DNA from: an uncultured bacterium
GTDB taxonomy: Bacteria > Abyssobacteria > SURF-5
Length of the DNA stretch: 64,000 bases
Assembly (NCBI GenBank): GCA_964607485.1
Contig: CAZSKP010000010.1
Coordinates: 1 to 64,000 of the forward strand
Direction: 5' to 3'
The number at the start of each line of letters is the position of its first letter. The first letter of the stretch is position 1. This document shows, piece after piece, positions 30,789 through 40,864 of the stretch. The translations under genes and the position numbers were made by a program. The notes under the pieces are model-generated. The model had not been told where the DNA came from. It worked only from the letters and a program-made list of their open reading frames with translations, and did not search any database.

Positions 30789-32035
30789 ACGGACAACCAG
30801 TTGAAAGCCTTGCCGAGGCGCTCAAGGCGTTCAACGAAAGCACCGTAAAGCTTCAGCAGTCGTACGACGCCCTGCAACTCAAATTCGGGGCGCTCAACCA
30901 GAAGCTTGAAGATACAAACCGTGAGCTCAGCCGGAAGATCATCGAGCTGAACGAGGTGAAGGAGTACCTCAACAGCATTCTTCAGAGCGTCACAAACGGC
31001 GTGATAGCCGTCAATCTGAAGGGGGAGATCACGACGTTCAACAAGGCGGCCGAGCGGATAGCCGGGCTCGACGGCAAGGACGTCATCGGATGCAATTTCG
31101 GCGACATTTTCGAGACCGATTTCGGCGTCGATTTCGACAAGCCGGAAATCGAGTCCGAGCGTGGGGCGCGGTATATCTCGTGCGACATGAAGGCCAAAGG
31201 GCGCTACCCGTTTCCCGTCAGGGAGAGCACGTCGCTCACCACCGACGGTCGGGGAGAAGTCACGGGAGCCGTGAAAGTCTTCGAAGACCTGTCCGAACTA
31301 CGTGAACTCGAGGAGCAGGCCAGGCGACAGGATAGGCTCGCCGCGCTCGGACAGATGGCCGCCACGGTCGCCCATGAGATTCGGAACCCGCTCGGAGGCA
31401 TCGACGGCTTCGCCTCGCTGCTGGCGCGCGATTTCGATGAGGACGACCCTCGCTCGAAGCTGGTGGCCAAAATTCAGGAGGGCGCGCGCAGTCTCAACCG
31501 GGTCGTCAACGAGCTATTAGTGTTCACGCGCCCGATGAAGCTCACCTTCCAACGACTCGAGCTCGCGGGCGTCGTGAACGGCGCGATAGGTTTTGTGACG
31601 GAAGACATGAAGAAGTCGAAAATAAAGCTGTACAAGAGGCTCGGGCCGGAAGGGTTGAAGGTCTGGGGCGACGGCGAACAGCTCAGACGCGCCTTGCTCA
31701 ACATCGTGCTCAATGCCATGCAGGCAATGCCGCAGGGAGGAAGGCTGAGCGTGAGCTGCCGCAGGCGCTCGCTGCCGCCCGCCGCACAAAAGATGCTCGG
31801 TGACCACCGAAACGGCGCATGGGTCGAAATAGCTGTGAAAGATTCCGGGCCGGGCATCGAGGAAAGCGAGATACCCCGCATTTTCAATCCGTTCTATACG
31901 AAAAAGGAAAAGGGGACGGGCCTCGGACTTGCAATCGCCGCTCAGATCGTCGAGGCCCATCGTGGGCAGATAACGGCGTCCAACTCTCCGAAGGGCGGAG
32001 CGGTATTTGTTGTTTCGCTCCCGTTTGAAAGCTGA
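30785..32035 (+). CDS. PAS sensor histidine kinase (FleS/FlrB-like)
   Basis: AHEIRNPL H-box, NIVLNA, DSGPG, FYTKK and GTGLGL; cytoplasmic. Confidence 0.92.
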   Translation: MNGQPVESLAEALKAFNESTVKLQQSYDALQLKFGALNQKLEDTNRELSRKIIELNEVKEYLNSILQSVTNGVIAVNLKGEITTFNKAAERIAGLDGKDVIGCNFGDIFETDFGVDFDKPEIESERGARYISCDMKAKGRYPFPVRESTSLTTDGRGEVTGAVKVFEDLSELRELEEQARRQDRLAALGQMAATVAHEIRNPLGGIDGFASLLARDFDEDDPRSKLVAKIQEGARSLNRVVNELLVFTRPMKLTFQRLELAGVVNGAIGFVTEDMKKSKIKLYKRLGPEGLKVWGDGEQLRRALLNIVLNAMQAMPQGGRLSVSCRRRSLPPAAQKMLGDHRNGAWVEIAVKDSGPGIEESEIPRIFNPFYTKKEKGTGLGLAIAAQIVEAHRGQITASNSPKGGAVFVVSLPFES

Positions 32036-32079
32036 CATACGATGAAGGTTCGACCCAAATTCCAACGGAGGCACCTCGG

Positions 32080-33465
32080 ATGGCGCGCGCACAGATTCTC
32101 GTAATCGACGATGAACCGCTTATGCGGGATTTTCTCGAAGAAACGCTCATCCGCGCGGGATACGGAGTCGTCATCGCGGCCGACGGCAACGCCGGCCTGG
32201 CTGAGATTCGCAACAACGCGTACGACCTCGTGATTACCGACCTGAAAATGCCCGGGTTGGACGGTCTGGCGTTGCTCGCGCAAACCAAGAAGAACCAGCC
32301 CGACATAGCCGTCATCATCATGACCGCATACGCGTCGGTCGAAACAGCGGTGCAGGCGCTCAAGGCCGGGGCCGCCGACTACATCATGAAACCCTTCACA
32401 CCGGACGAAATCGAGCACGTCGTCAGGAAATGCCTCTACAAAAGAAAGCTCGAGAACGAGAATCGCTATCTTCGCTCCGAAATCGAGCAGGGTTTCAGCT
32501 TCCAGGAGATGGTCGGCTCGAGCCCCGCAATGGTGGCCGTCTACGATCAGATAAAGAAAATATCCCAGAGCAGGGCGTCGGTCCTCATCCGGGGCGAGAG
32601 CGGAACCGGCAAGGAGCTCATTGCGCGCGCGATCCATTACAGCAGCCCGCGGCGCGACAAGCCGTTCATAAAGATCAACTGCGCCGCCCTCGCGCCCACC
32701 TTGCTCGAAAGCGAATTGTTCGGACACGAGAAAGGCTCGTTCACGCACGCCATCAATAAGAAGGTGGGCCGCTTCGAGCTCGCCGACGAGGGCACGTTGC
32801 TGCTGGACGAAATCGGGGAGATGGACCCCGGCCTCCAGAGCAAACTGCTGCGCGTCCTCCAGGAAAAGGAGTTCGAGCGGGTGGGCGGAACGAAGCCCAT
32901 CAAGGTCGATGCGCGCATCATCAGCACAACGAACCGCGACCTCGAAAGAGCAATTGCGGAGGGACGCTTCCGCGAGGACCTCTACTTCAGGCTTAACGTC
33001 ATTCCCGTCAAGATTCTGCCGCTCCGGGACCGGAAAGAGGACGTGCCCGCGCTCGCTCAGCATTTCCTGAAGAAATACAATCACGAAAACAGCAAAAACG
33101 TCAAGAAGATACACCCCGACGCCATGCGGCTGCTGATGGGGCACAGCTGGCCCGGAAACGTGCGAGAGCTCGAAAACTGCATCGAACGCGCGGTCGTGCT
33201 CTGTGCCGGCGATACGGTGACACCCGATTACTTCGCTTTTCCCGTGCATCGTCCTCGCGCCGTCTCGGCCGACGGCCTCTATCTCCCTGAAAACGTCACC
33301 GTGGCCGAGGCGGAGCGCCTGCTGATACTGCACACGTTGAAGAAGTGTGACAACAACAAGACCCGGACCGCGGAAATCCTGGACATAAGCGTGCGTACCT
33401 TGAGGAACAAGTTCAAGGAATATCGAGAGGAAGGACTTCTGGAGGATTCCCTGAGAGAATCATGA
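32080..33465 (+). CDS. sigma54-dependent response regulator (FleR/FlrC-like)
   Basis: Receiver domain, GESGTGKE, GSFTHA (GAFTGA variant), WPGNVRELEN, HTH. Confidence 0.93.
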   Translation: MARAQILVIDDEPLMRDFLEETLIRAGYGVVIAADGNAGLAEIRNNAYDLVITDLKMPGLDGLALLAQTKKNQPDIAVIIMTAYASVETAVQALKAGAADYIMKPFTPDEIEHVVRKCLYKRKLENENRYLRSEIEQGFSFQEMVGSSPAMVAVYDQIKKISQSRASVLIRGESGTGKELIARAIHYSSPRRDKPFIKINCAALAPTLLESELFGHEKGSFTHAINKKVGRFELADEGTLLLDEIGEMDPGLQSKLLRVLQEKEFERVGGTKPIKVDARIISTTNRDLERAIAEGRFREDLYFRLNVIPVKILPLRDRKEDVPALAQHFLKKYNHENSKNVKKIHPDAMRLLMGHSWPGNVRELENCIERAVVLCAGDTVTPDYFAFPVHRPRAVSADGLYLPENVTVAEAERLLILHTLKKCDNNKTRTAEILDISVRTLRNKFKEYREEGLLEDSLRES

Positions 33466-33610
33466 CCTTCCCGACAATTGGCAGAAACGGTAAGTTTTTC
33501 CGATGTTTCTGGCAGATTTTGCCCTGGAGACGCGTGCACGAGAAGTACGGGCGATTGTATAAGCCACTGAGCGACAAGCGGTTGTCGAGCTTCTCGGTTC
33601 GGTCGATGTG

Positions 33611-33625
33611 TGGCATGAATGTTGC
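33611..33625 (+). promoter_or_regulatory. sigma54 promoter of the flgB operon
   Basis: TGGCATGAATGTTGC matches TGGCAC-N5-TTGC. Candidate activator sites at 33488-33502 and 33511-33523. Confidence 0.85.
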
Positions 33626-33700
33626 CAATTCAAATAGCGCCGAGAAAATCCATACGCCGCATCAACGCCCGAATTGCCGCTAAAAAAGGGACGTGTCGCT

Positions 33701-34105
33701 GTGAATGAACTGGGTTGGTACGACACGACTACAGTACTCGAAAAGGCGCTGCCGGTCTTAGAAGCGTCTCATCGCATACTGGCTAACAACATAGCCAATG
33801 CGAACACGCCCGGCTTTGCGCCCACTCACGTGTCGTTCCGGGAAAGCCTTCAGCAAGCCCTGTCAGGGACCGCCGCTTCCACCTCGCTGAAGGTCACGCA
33901 TCCGCGTCACATCCCGTCGGGCGGGGTTCAGCCTGGCCTTGTGCTCGAGACCGATACCTTCGAGCCCGGCCGAAACGACAAGAGCACATTCGATGTGGAC
34001 CGCGAGATGGTCGAACTCTTGAAAAACAACAGCAGACACGAAATCCTCTCGGGCATATTGACGAAGAGATACCAGCAGATGCGCGAAGTTCTGAGAATGT
34101 CGTAG
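33701..34105 (+). CDS. flgB: flagellar basal-body rod protein
   Basis: LANNIANANTPGF, THPRHI and DVDREM motifs. Confidence 0.92.
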   Translation: MNELGWYDTTTVLEKALPVLEASHRILANNIANANTPGFAPTHVSFRESLQQALSGTAASTSLKVTHPRHIPSGGVQPGLVLETDTFEPGRNDKSTFDVDREMVELLKNNSRHEILSGILTKRYQQMREVLRMS

Positions 34106-34124
34106 CGGAGGACAAAGCCGGGTC

Positions 34125-34541
34125 ATGCAGATATTTTCGGCCTTTGACATAAGCGCCAGCGGCCTTTACGCCGAGCGGACCAGAATGAATGTCATCGCCA
34201 ACAACCTCGCGAACGCGAATGCGACTCGCACGCCCGAGGGAGGTCCGTTCCGGCGGCAGCTCGTCGTGCTCAGAGGAACCGAGGCGAGCGACCTGAATCG
34301 CATGGAGAACCTGGGCGTTGAGGTCGCGGGCGTCGTTGACGACCTCTCGCCGTTTCCGCTCGTTTACAATCCGGGCCATCCCGACGCGAATCCCGACGGA
34401 TACGTGGCAATGCCGAACGTAAACGTCGTCGAAGAGATGGTCGATATGACGACGGCAGTGCGCGCGTACGAGGCGAACATCACCGCAATCGACGCGGGCA
34501 AGAACATAATCAGGCGTTCACTCGACATCATCAGGGAGTAG
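34125..34541 (+). CDS. flgC: flagellar basal-body rod protein
   Basis: ISASGL, IANNLANA and YNPGHPDA...GYVAMPNVN motifs. Confidence 0.97.
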   Translation: MQIFSAFDISASGLYAERTRMNVIANNLANANATRTPEGGPFRRQLVVLRGTEASDLNRMENLGVEVAGVVDDLSPFPLVYNPGHPDANPDGYVAMPNVNVVEEMVDMTTAVRAYEANITAIDAGKNIIRRSLDIIRE

Positions 34542-34547
34542 CGGTAC

Positions 34548-34862
34548 ATGGTCGATGAATTCACAATCGGCGGCATAGGGGGACCTCAGGCTCCCCAGCC
34601 AATCGAGCCCAAGCCGCTCACTCGTCCGGAAGAGACATCGGGGCCTTCCTTCAAGGAATACCTCACCGGCTCGATCGAGGAAATACAGCGACTGCAAACG
34701 CAGGCCGACGAAACCATAAATAAACTGGTGGCGGGCGAGGTGACAAACGTCAGCGAGGCCATGGTAGCAATCGAGAAGGCCAACATGGCGTTCCTCACCA
34801 TGCTCCAGGTGCGCAACAAGATAATTTCGGCCTACGAGCAGATACAGAGGATGCAGGTGTAG
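34548..34862 (+). CDS. fliE: flagellar hook-basal body protein
   Basis: QVRNKIISAYEQIQRMQV C-terminus. Confidence 0.96.
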   Translation: MVDEFTIGGIGGPQAPQPIEPKPLTRPEETSGPSFKEYLTGSIEEIQRLQTQADETINKLVAGEVTNVSEAMVAIEKANMAFLTMLQVRNKIISAYEQIQRMQV

Positions 34863-34994
34863 CGGCTTACAAGTATCGGATGCGGCGGTTGCGGCAAACC
34901 GCAACGTTAGACATACCGAAACCGAGCGAAGCGGCCGCGCGGTTCCGGGAGCGGCACAAGAAATAGTCTGCACCTTTAAGGCGCCGAGGCAGAC

Positions 34995-36569
34995 ATGGAT
35001 TTTCTCCGGCAGCTATACGAGCAGTTTGTCACCATCTGGAAGTCTCTCAACGTCCAGCAGCGGATTTTTGTCACGCTGGGTTCCGCCCTCGCGTGCGCAG
35101 GGCTGCTCGCCCTCGCACTCTTCCAAACATCCCCAGATTACAGTGTCCTGTTTGCCAACCTCCAGCAGCGCGACGCGGGCGAAATCGTCGCCAGCCTGAA
35201 GGACGCCAGCGTGCCCTACAAACTTTCCGCGGACGGCACGACGATCATGATACCGTCCAATCGCGTGGCCGAAACGAGACTGACGCTCGCGCAGGAAGGT
35301 CTCCCTCGCGGAGGCGGGGTCGGATATGAGATATTCGACCGGACTCGTCTGGGCATCACCAGCTTCGAGCAGAAGGTCAACCTCAAACGCGCGACCGAGG
35401 GCGAACTCGCCCGCACTATCAACCAGTTGGCCGAGGTCCAATGGTCGCGGGTGCAGATAGTGATGCCCGAGGAACGGCTCTTCACGGAGCAACAGCGCGA
35501 GCCGACGGCTTCCGTCTTCCTCAACCTGGCGCCCGGTCGTACGCTCGACCGCAGACAGGTGCAGGGCATACTGCATCTCGTCGCAAGCAGCGTCGAGGGC
35601 CTCAAACCCGAAAACATCACCATTCTCGACCAGTATGCCAACCCTCTCGCGATGCCAACCGAGGCGTTCGCGGCGACGGCCGACCTCAGTTCGTCGCAGT
35701 TCGAGCTTCGTTCGCGCGTCGAGAAGCTCTTCCACGACAAACTCCAGGGCATGTTCGACCGAATCCTCGGGCCGGGAAAATCGGTGGTGAGCGTGTCGGC
35801 GGACCTGGACTTCGACAGCATCGAGAGGACCGAGGAGAAGTTCGACCCCGACAGCGCGGTCGTTCGGAGCGAGCAGCGGCAGAAAGAATCCAGCGCCTCG
35901 CCCTCCGGCCAGCCCGGGGGCGTCGCCGGTGTGAGCGCAAACCTGCCGACCGTCGCTCCGCTCACCCCGGCCTCATTCGGCGGGCCCCAGCGACAGTCGT
36001 CTTCATCGATAACAAATTATGAGATAAACAGGACCGTCGAGCACATCATCAAGTCCCCGTCGAGCATAAAGGGCATCTCGGTTGCGGTCGTCGTTGACGG
36101 CGTGTACCAGCAGGTCACCGCACCCGATGGGACCACCACGAGAGAGTATGCGCCCCGCAGCGAAGAGGAGATGGAGAAGTACAGGCGGATGGTGCTCGCG
36201 GCGGTGGGCAATCCCGCCACGAAAAGCGTCGAAGTCATCAATGTGCCGCTCGATACCTCCGCCGCCGCGAGAGAACGCGAGGCCGCTGCCGCTGCCCAGG
36301 TGGCCCAGCGACGTGACCTCTACTTCACAATCGCAAAGGGCGTCGCCACGATAGCCGTGCTCGTGTTTATTTTCCTGCTCGTTCGGTACGTGCTCAGACG
36401 CATCCTGCCGGCGCTGCCTCCCAGGTTGCCCGAAGAGCACGTCGGCGCGCGCATCGACCTGGTTACCACAGAAGAGGCCGACGCCACGGCCGATGTGAAA
36501 GACATGGTGGAAAGAAGGCCCGAAGACGTGGCCTCGTTGATAAAGGTGTGGTTGAAAGAGGAGAAGTAG
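34995..36569 (+). CDS. fliF: flagellar MS-ring protein
   Basis: GYEIFD...GITSFEQ...EGELARTI, ASSVEGL, two TM segments. Confidence 0.96.
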   Translation: MDFLRQLYEQFVTIWKSLNVQQRIFVTLGSALACAGLLALALFQTSPDYSVLFANLQQRDAGEIVASLKDASVPYKLSADGTTIMIPSNRVAETRLTLAQEGLPRGGGVGYEIFDRTRLGITSFEQKVNLKRATEGELARTINQLAEVQWSRVQIVMPEERLFTEQQREPTASVFLNLAPGRTLDRRQVQGILHLVASSVEGLKPENITILDQYANPLAMPTEAFAATADLSSSQFELRSRVEKLFHDKLQGMFDRILGPGKSVVSVSADLDFDSIERTEEKFDPDSAVVRSEQRQKESSASPSGQPGGVAGVSANLPTVAPLTPASFGGPQRQSSSSITNYEINRTVEHIIKSPSSIKGISVAVVVDGVYQQVTAPDGTTTREYAPRSEEEMEKYRRMVLAAVGNPATKSVEVINVPLDTSAAAREREAAAAAQVAQRRDLYFTIAKGVATIAVLVFIFLLVRYVLRRILPALPPRLPEEHVGARIDLVTTEEADATADVKDMVERRPEDVASLIKVWLKEEK

Positions 36570-36618
36570 TTTTCCGGGGAAACGATTCAACGCCCCGGAG
36601 CAATCGTAGGGAAACAAT

Positions 36619-37632
36619 ATGGTAGAAGCATCGGACCTTTCCGGGAGACAGAAGGCGGCGATACTGATGGTGACCCTCGGCAGTGGAGCCTCGGCGGAGA
36701 TAATGAAACACCTCGAACCCGAAGTGCTGGAGGAGCTGACGTTCGAGATCGCGGGCCTTGGCAGTGTCCCTCCCGAACTCAAGCGCCGAGTGGTCGAGGA
36801 GTTCTGCCAGATGGCCCAGGCGAAGGACTTCATCTCGTTCGGGGGAGTCGATTACGCGCGCGAGACACTGAACAAGGCTGTGGGAGTCGGCAAGGCCGCG
36901 GAAATACTCACCAAGCTGGAAAACGCCATCAAGGAGACTCCGTTCGAATTCGTGAGAAAAGCCGACCCGGGCCAGATCCTCAATTTCATCCAGGACGAAC
37001 ATCCGCAGACAATCGCCCTCGTTCTGGCGCACCTTACCCCGGCAGTGGCCGCGATGGTGCTTGCCGCGCTTCCGGACGACCTGCAGACAGACGTCGTCTA
37101 TCGCATCTCCAACATGGAACAGACCTCGCCCGAGATTATCCGCGACGTCGAAATGGTGCTCGAGCGAAAGCTGGCGTCGGTCATCAGGCCGGAGATGACA
37201 AAGGTCGGCGGCGTGAAAAACGTCGCGGAACTGCTGAACCGCGTCGACAGGACGACGGAGAAGAATATCCTCGCAAAACTTTCCGAGCGCGACCCGGAGC
37301 TCTCCAACGAGGTCAGGGGACTGATGTTCGTGTTCGACGACATCGTCATGGTCACCGACGCCGGAATACAACGCACGCTGAAAGAGATCGAGAACAAGGA
37401 CCTCTCACTCGCGTTAAAGGCGGCCAATGAGGACGTCAAGACCAAGATATTCAGCAACATGTCCAACCGCGCCGCCGAGATGATTAAGGAAGACATGGAA
37501 TACATGGGCCCCGTAAGGCTTCGGGACGTGGAAGCCTCCCAGATGCGTATCGTCGAGGTCATAAGGCGGCTGGAGGACGCGGGCGAAATAGTGATACTCG
37601 GCCGTGGAGACGAGGACCAGTTAGTTGTCTAA
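36619..37632 (+). CDS. fliG: flagellar motor switch protein
   Basis: KAAILM, EHPQTIA and MFVFDD motifs. Confidence 0.97.
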   Translation: MVEASDLSGRQKAAILMVTLGSGASAEIMKHLEPEVLEELTFEIAGLGSVPPELKRRVVEEFCQMAQAKDFISFGGVDYARETLNKAVGVGKAAEILTKLENAIKETPFEFVRKADPGQILNFIQDEHPQTIALVLAHLTPAVAAMVLAALPDDLQTDVVYRISNMEQTSPEIIRDVEMVLERKLASVIRPEMTKVGGVKNVAELLNRVDRTTEKNILAKLSERDPELSNEVRGLMFVFDDIVMVTDAGIQRTLKEIENKDLSLALKAANEDVKTKIFSNMSNRAAEMIKEDMEYMGPVRLRDVEASQMRIVEVIRRLEDAGEIVILGRGDEDQLVV

Positions 37633-38374
37633 GGTAATAAAACCCAGCGACAAAGAGCTGTTCGGCTCGGCGAAAAAGTTCGAGAAAAAGCCGTTCTCGC
37701 TGGGCGCGAACCAGGCGAAGAGCGCCCACCCGTCGGACAACCCTTCGTCATCGCACAAGAACAATCCGGGCTCGAAGCGCGGGGCGAAACAGACGAACAC
37801 CTCGGATCTGCTCGCGGAAGCCGAGCGTCAGGCGGAACAGATAGTGAGCAAGGCCGAGAACAGCGCGGCCCGAATTCGGGAACAGGCGCGCGAGCAGGGC
37901 CGTGCGGAAGGCCTCGAGAAGGCAGCAAAGAAGGCCGAGGAACAGATGCAGGCATCTTCCCGAATACTGGATTCGCTCGTGGCACAGTTGAAGGCGCAGG
38001 AGTCGGAATTGATGCGGCTCCTCTCGCCGAGGCTCGCGAGCCTTGCGACCGAGCTTGCTCACAAGATCATTCACAGGGAAATCGAGAAGGATTCCTCGGT
38101 GGTCACCACGCAGGCCGAGGAGGCGATAAGCAAGATTCTGGAACGCGAAAAGCTCATCATTCGGGTGAATCCCGCCGACGAGGAGCTGATGAAGAAACAC
38201 AAGGCGCAGCTCACGAAAGTGTTTGATGGAATCGACAAGATCGAGGTCATCGCCGACAAGAAGGTCGAGCGAGGCGGCTGCATCGTAGAGACGAACCTCA
38301 TCAAGGTCGATGCGCAGCCGAGCTCGCAGCTCGAGGCGGCCCGCAAGACGCTCCTGGGCGAGGCGGAGAAATGA
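37625..38374 (+). CDS. fliH: flagellar assembly protein
   Basis: AxxxGxxxG repeats, IRVNPAD and GGCIVET. Confidence 0.9.
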   Translation: MSKVIKPSDKELFGSAKKFEKKPFSLGANQAKSAHPSDNPSSSHKNNPGSKRGAKQTNTSDLLAEAERQAEQIVSKAENSAARIREQAREQGRAEGLEKAAKKAEEQMQASSRILDSLVAQLKAQESELMRLLSPRLASLATELAHKIIHREIEKDSSVVTTQAEEAISKILEREKLIIRVNPADEELMKKHKAQLTKVFDGIDKIEVIADKKVERGGCIVETNLIKVDAQPSSQLEAARKTLLGEAEK

Positions 38375-39741
38375 ACAATTTGCCCGACATCAATAAGTGG
38401 CAGTCGCGCATCGAGCATGCCGAGCTGATACAGACCTGTGGAAAGGTGACCCGCGTGACCGGGCTGATAGTGGAATCGACGAGCCCGGGCCTCTCGCTCG
38501 GTCAGATGTGCACCATACACCCCGGAAACGGGAGGAATCCGGCGCTCGCCGAGGTCGTCGGCTTCAGAGACAGCAAGGCTCTTCTTATCCCGCTGGGTGA
38601 CATCCGCGGAGTCGCGCCCGGCAGCGTTGTCGAGCCCTGCGACAGGCCGCTCACGATGCGCGTCGGTCGGGAGATGCTCGGCCGCGTCATTGGCGGGACC
38701 GGCCAGCCCATAGACGGCCGGGGCCCGCTCAAGCTGAAGGAAGAATACGCCGTCATGGGCGAACCCATCAACCCGATGGACCGCCGGCGAATCACCGAGC
38801 CGCTCCCCCTGGGCATACGGGCCATCGACGCGTGCCTCACGTGCGGAAAGGGTCAGCGATTGGGCATCTTCTCCGGCAGCGGCGTCGGCAAGAGCGTCCT
38901 GCTCGGAATGATAGCGCGCAACACCGAGGCGGAAATCAACGTCATCGGGCTCATCGGCGAACGCGGCAGGGAGGTGAAGGACTTCCTGGAGAAGGACCTC
39001 GGCGAGGAAGGCCTCAGGAGGTCGGTCGTGGTGGCCGTCACGTCGGACCAACCGGCGCTTCTGAGACTCCACGGCGCGTTCATAGCAACGGCCATAGCCG
39101 AATACTTTCGCGACATGGGTCACGACGTACTGCTGATGATGGACTCGATATCCCGGTTTGCCATGTCGCAGCGCGAAATCGGGCTGGCCGTCGGCGAGCC
39201 GCCCACCACGAAGGGCTATCCACCTTCCGTCTTCATGCTCCTGCCAAAGCTGCTCGAACGGGCGGGCACGTCCCCGTCGGGAAGCATCACGGGCATATAC
39301 ACCATATTCGTCGAGGCCGACGACTTCAACGAACCCATCTCCGACGCGGCGCGCTCGACGCTCGACGGACACATCATGCTCTCGCGCAGGCTCGCGGCGC
39401 AGAACCACTATCCGGCCATCGACCTGCTCGACAGCGTGAGCCGCCTGATGGTCGACGTCGTGCCTGAAGAACAGGTCCTGCTCTGCCACATGGCGCGCGA
39501 CGCCATCGCGACATATCGCGAGGCACAGGACCTCATAAACATCGGCGCCTACGTTAAGGGAAGCAATCCGAAGATCGATTACGCGCAGTCGAAAATAGAG
39601 GAAATAAACGGCTTCCTCAAACAGAGAATGGGAGAGAAAGCCCAGTTCGAGCAGAGCGTGGCCGCTCTGCGCGACATTTTCGGCGACAAGCTGCCAGAAC
39701 AACAGAAGGCCGCCGTCGCCCACGGTGAGACGCAACAGTGA
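38371..39741 (+). CDS. fliI: flagellar export ATPase
   Basis: GSGVGKS Walker A, GERGRE, MDSISRFA and GEPPTTKGYPPS. Confidence 0.96.
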   Translation: MNNLPDINKWQSRIEHAELIQTCGKVTRVTGLIVESTSPGLSLGQMCTIHPGNGRNPALAEVVGFRDSKALLIPLGDIRGVAPGSVVEPCDRPLTMRVGREMLGRVIGGTGQPIDGRGPLKLKEEYAVMGEPINPMDRRRITEPLPLGIRAIDACLTCGKGQRLGIFSGSGVGKSVLLGMIARNTEAEINVIGLIGERGREVKDFLEKDLGEEGLRRSVVVAVTSDQPALLRLHGAFIATAIAEYFRDMGHDVLLMMDSISRFAMSQREIGLAVGEPPTTKGYPPSVFMLLPKLLERAGTSPSGSITGIYTIFVEADDFNEPISDAARSTLDGHIMLSRRLAAQNHYPAIDLLDSVSRLMVDVVPEEQVLLCHMARDAIATYREAQDLINIGAYVKGSNPKIDYAQSKIEEINGFLKQRMGEKAQFEQSVAALRDIFGDKLPEQQKAAVAHGETQQ

Positions 39742-40214
39742 AGGCGTACAAGTTCCGGTTCGAAAGCGTGCTGAAAAGCAAGAAGGTGGTCGTCGATGAC
39801 CTGGCGTCGAAGACCGCCCGCGCCCAAAGAATTCTCATGCTCGAGATGAGGAAGCTCGACGATCTTAAACAGCGCGAGGCCCAATGTGTCCGGGAACTGG
39901 TGCTCCGGCAGCTCGGCAGGATAAACGCGGGCGAGGTCCAGCGCTGTCACCGATACCTCCGCCAGCTCGGCAGCGCGATAGGCGAACAAGAAAAGCTCGT
40001 CAAAGAGATCGCGGTACGGGTCGAGATGCTGCGTAACATGTTGGTCGAGGCGGAAAAGGAGCGAAAGATTTTCGAAAGATTGGACGAGAAGGAGCGGGAA
40101 GAGTTCCATCGCGAGTTCTCGAAGAAGGAACAGGCGCTGCTCGACGAAGTCGGAATAAACAGGTTCGTTCAGCGGAATGCCCACGGCCGGACTCATTCGT
40201 CCCAACAGCAGTGA
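39738..40214 (+). CDS. fliJ: flagellar export protein
   Basis: YKFRFESVL N-terminus and EQALLDE C-terminus; follows fliI. Confidence 0.88.
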   Translation: MKAYKFRFESVLKSKKVVVDDLASKTARAQRILMLEMRKLDDLKQREAQCVRELVLRQLGRINAGEVQRCHRYLRQLGSAIGEQEKLVKEIAVRVEMLRNMLVEAEKERKIFERLDEKEREEFHREFSKKEQALLDEVGINRFVQRNAHGRTHSSQQQ

Positions 40215-40270
40215 GGGACGAAAGGAAGAGGCTGAATCGAAACGACAGTTGACGGGAGGCACGAAGAGAG

Positions 40271-40819
40271 GTGAAGGCAGCGGCTTTAGTCGTATTGCTC
40301 ATACTGGTTTTTGTGGGCGTTGCCGCTTACATGCTTCAGCAGAGAGGGCTTCTCACACGCGAAACGCTCGATCTCTTTGTCAAACGCGAGCCCGAACAGA
40401 AGAAGGAGAAGCCGCCGCCCGTCGAGACGGCGGGACTGGCAGGTTCGGTCCTAAAAAGGAATGAAGAGCTGAAAGAGGAAGGCGAGAGATTGCGCGAACT
40501 TGCCGCGAAGCTTGCAATGCAGCGCCGCGAGCTGGAGGCGGACAGAACCCTGATAGCGAAACAACTGGAGACGCTCAGGCCGGGGCTGGGCCCATCCTCG
40601 ACGAGCGAGGAAATGACGAAGTTGGTGAAAATGTACGAGGGCATGGAGCCCGAACAGGCCGCAGTGATTCTCGAAAGCCTGCCCGATCCGACGGTGGCCC
40701 GGATCCTGCTCCAGATGAGGGGAAGACAGGCAGCTCCGATACTAGGGTCGCTGAGCGCAGGCAAGGCCGCGGGCATCAGCAAGCTGCTTGCGCCCGAGCC
40801 GGTCGAGGCGGCGCGATGA
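40271..40819 (+). CDS. MotE/FlbB/YlxF-like flagellar protein (MgtE_N-like)
   Basis: N-terminal TM, coiled coil, KLVKMYEGMEPEQAAVIL...AAPILG. Confidence 0.8.
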   Translation: MKAAALVVLLILVFVGVAAYMLQQRGLLTRETLDLFVKREPEQKKEKPPPVETAGLAGSVLKRNEELKEEGERLRELAAKLAMQRRELEADRTLIAKQLETLRPGLGPSSTSEEMTKLVKMYEGMEPEQAAVILESLPDPTVARILLQMRGRQAAPILGSLSAGKAAGISKLLAPEPVEAAR

Positions 40820-40864
40820 CCAGCGAAGGACCAAGAAGAAATCCAAGGGGAAGGAGGTGATGCT

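Noticed and set aside
34888-34905. GGCAAAC hairpin after fliE as a c-di-GMP-I riboswitch
   Set aside because: Only a simple 7-bp hairpin; the second stem and the GCAAAG/receptor elements are missing.
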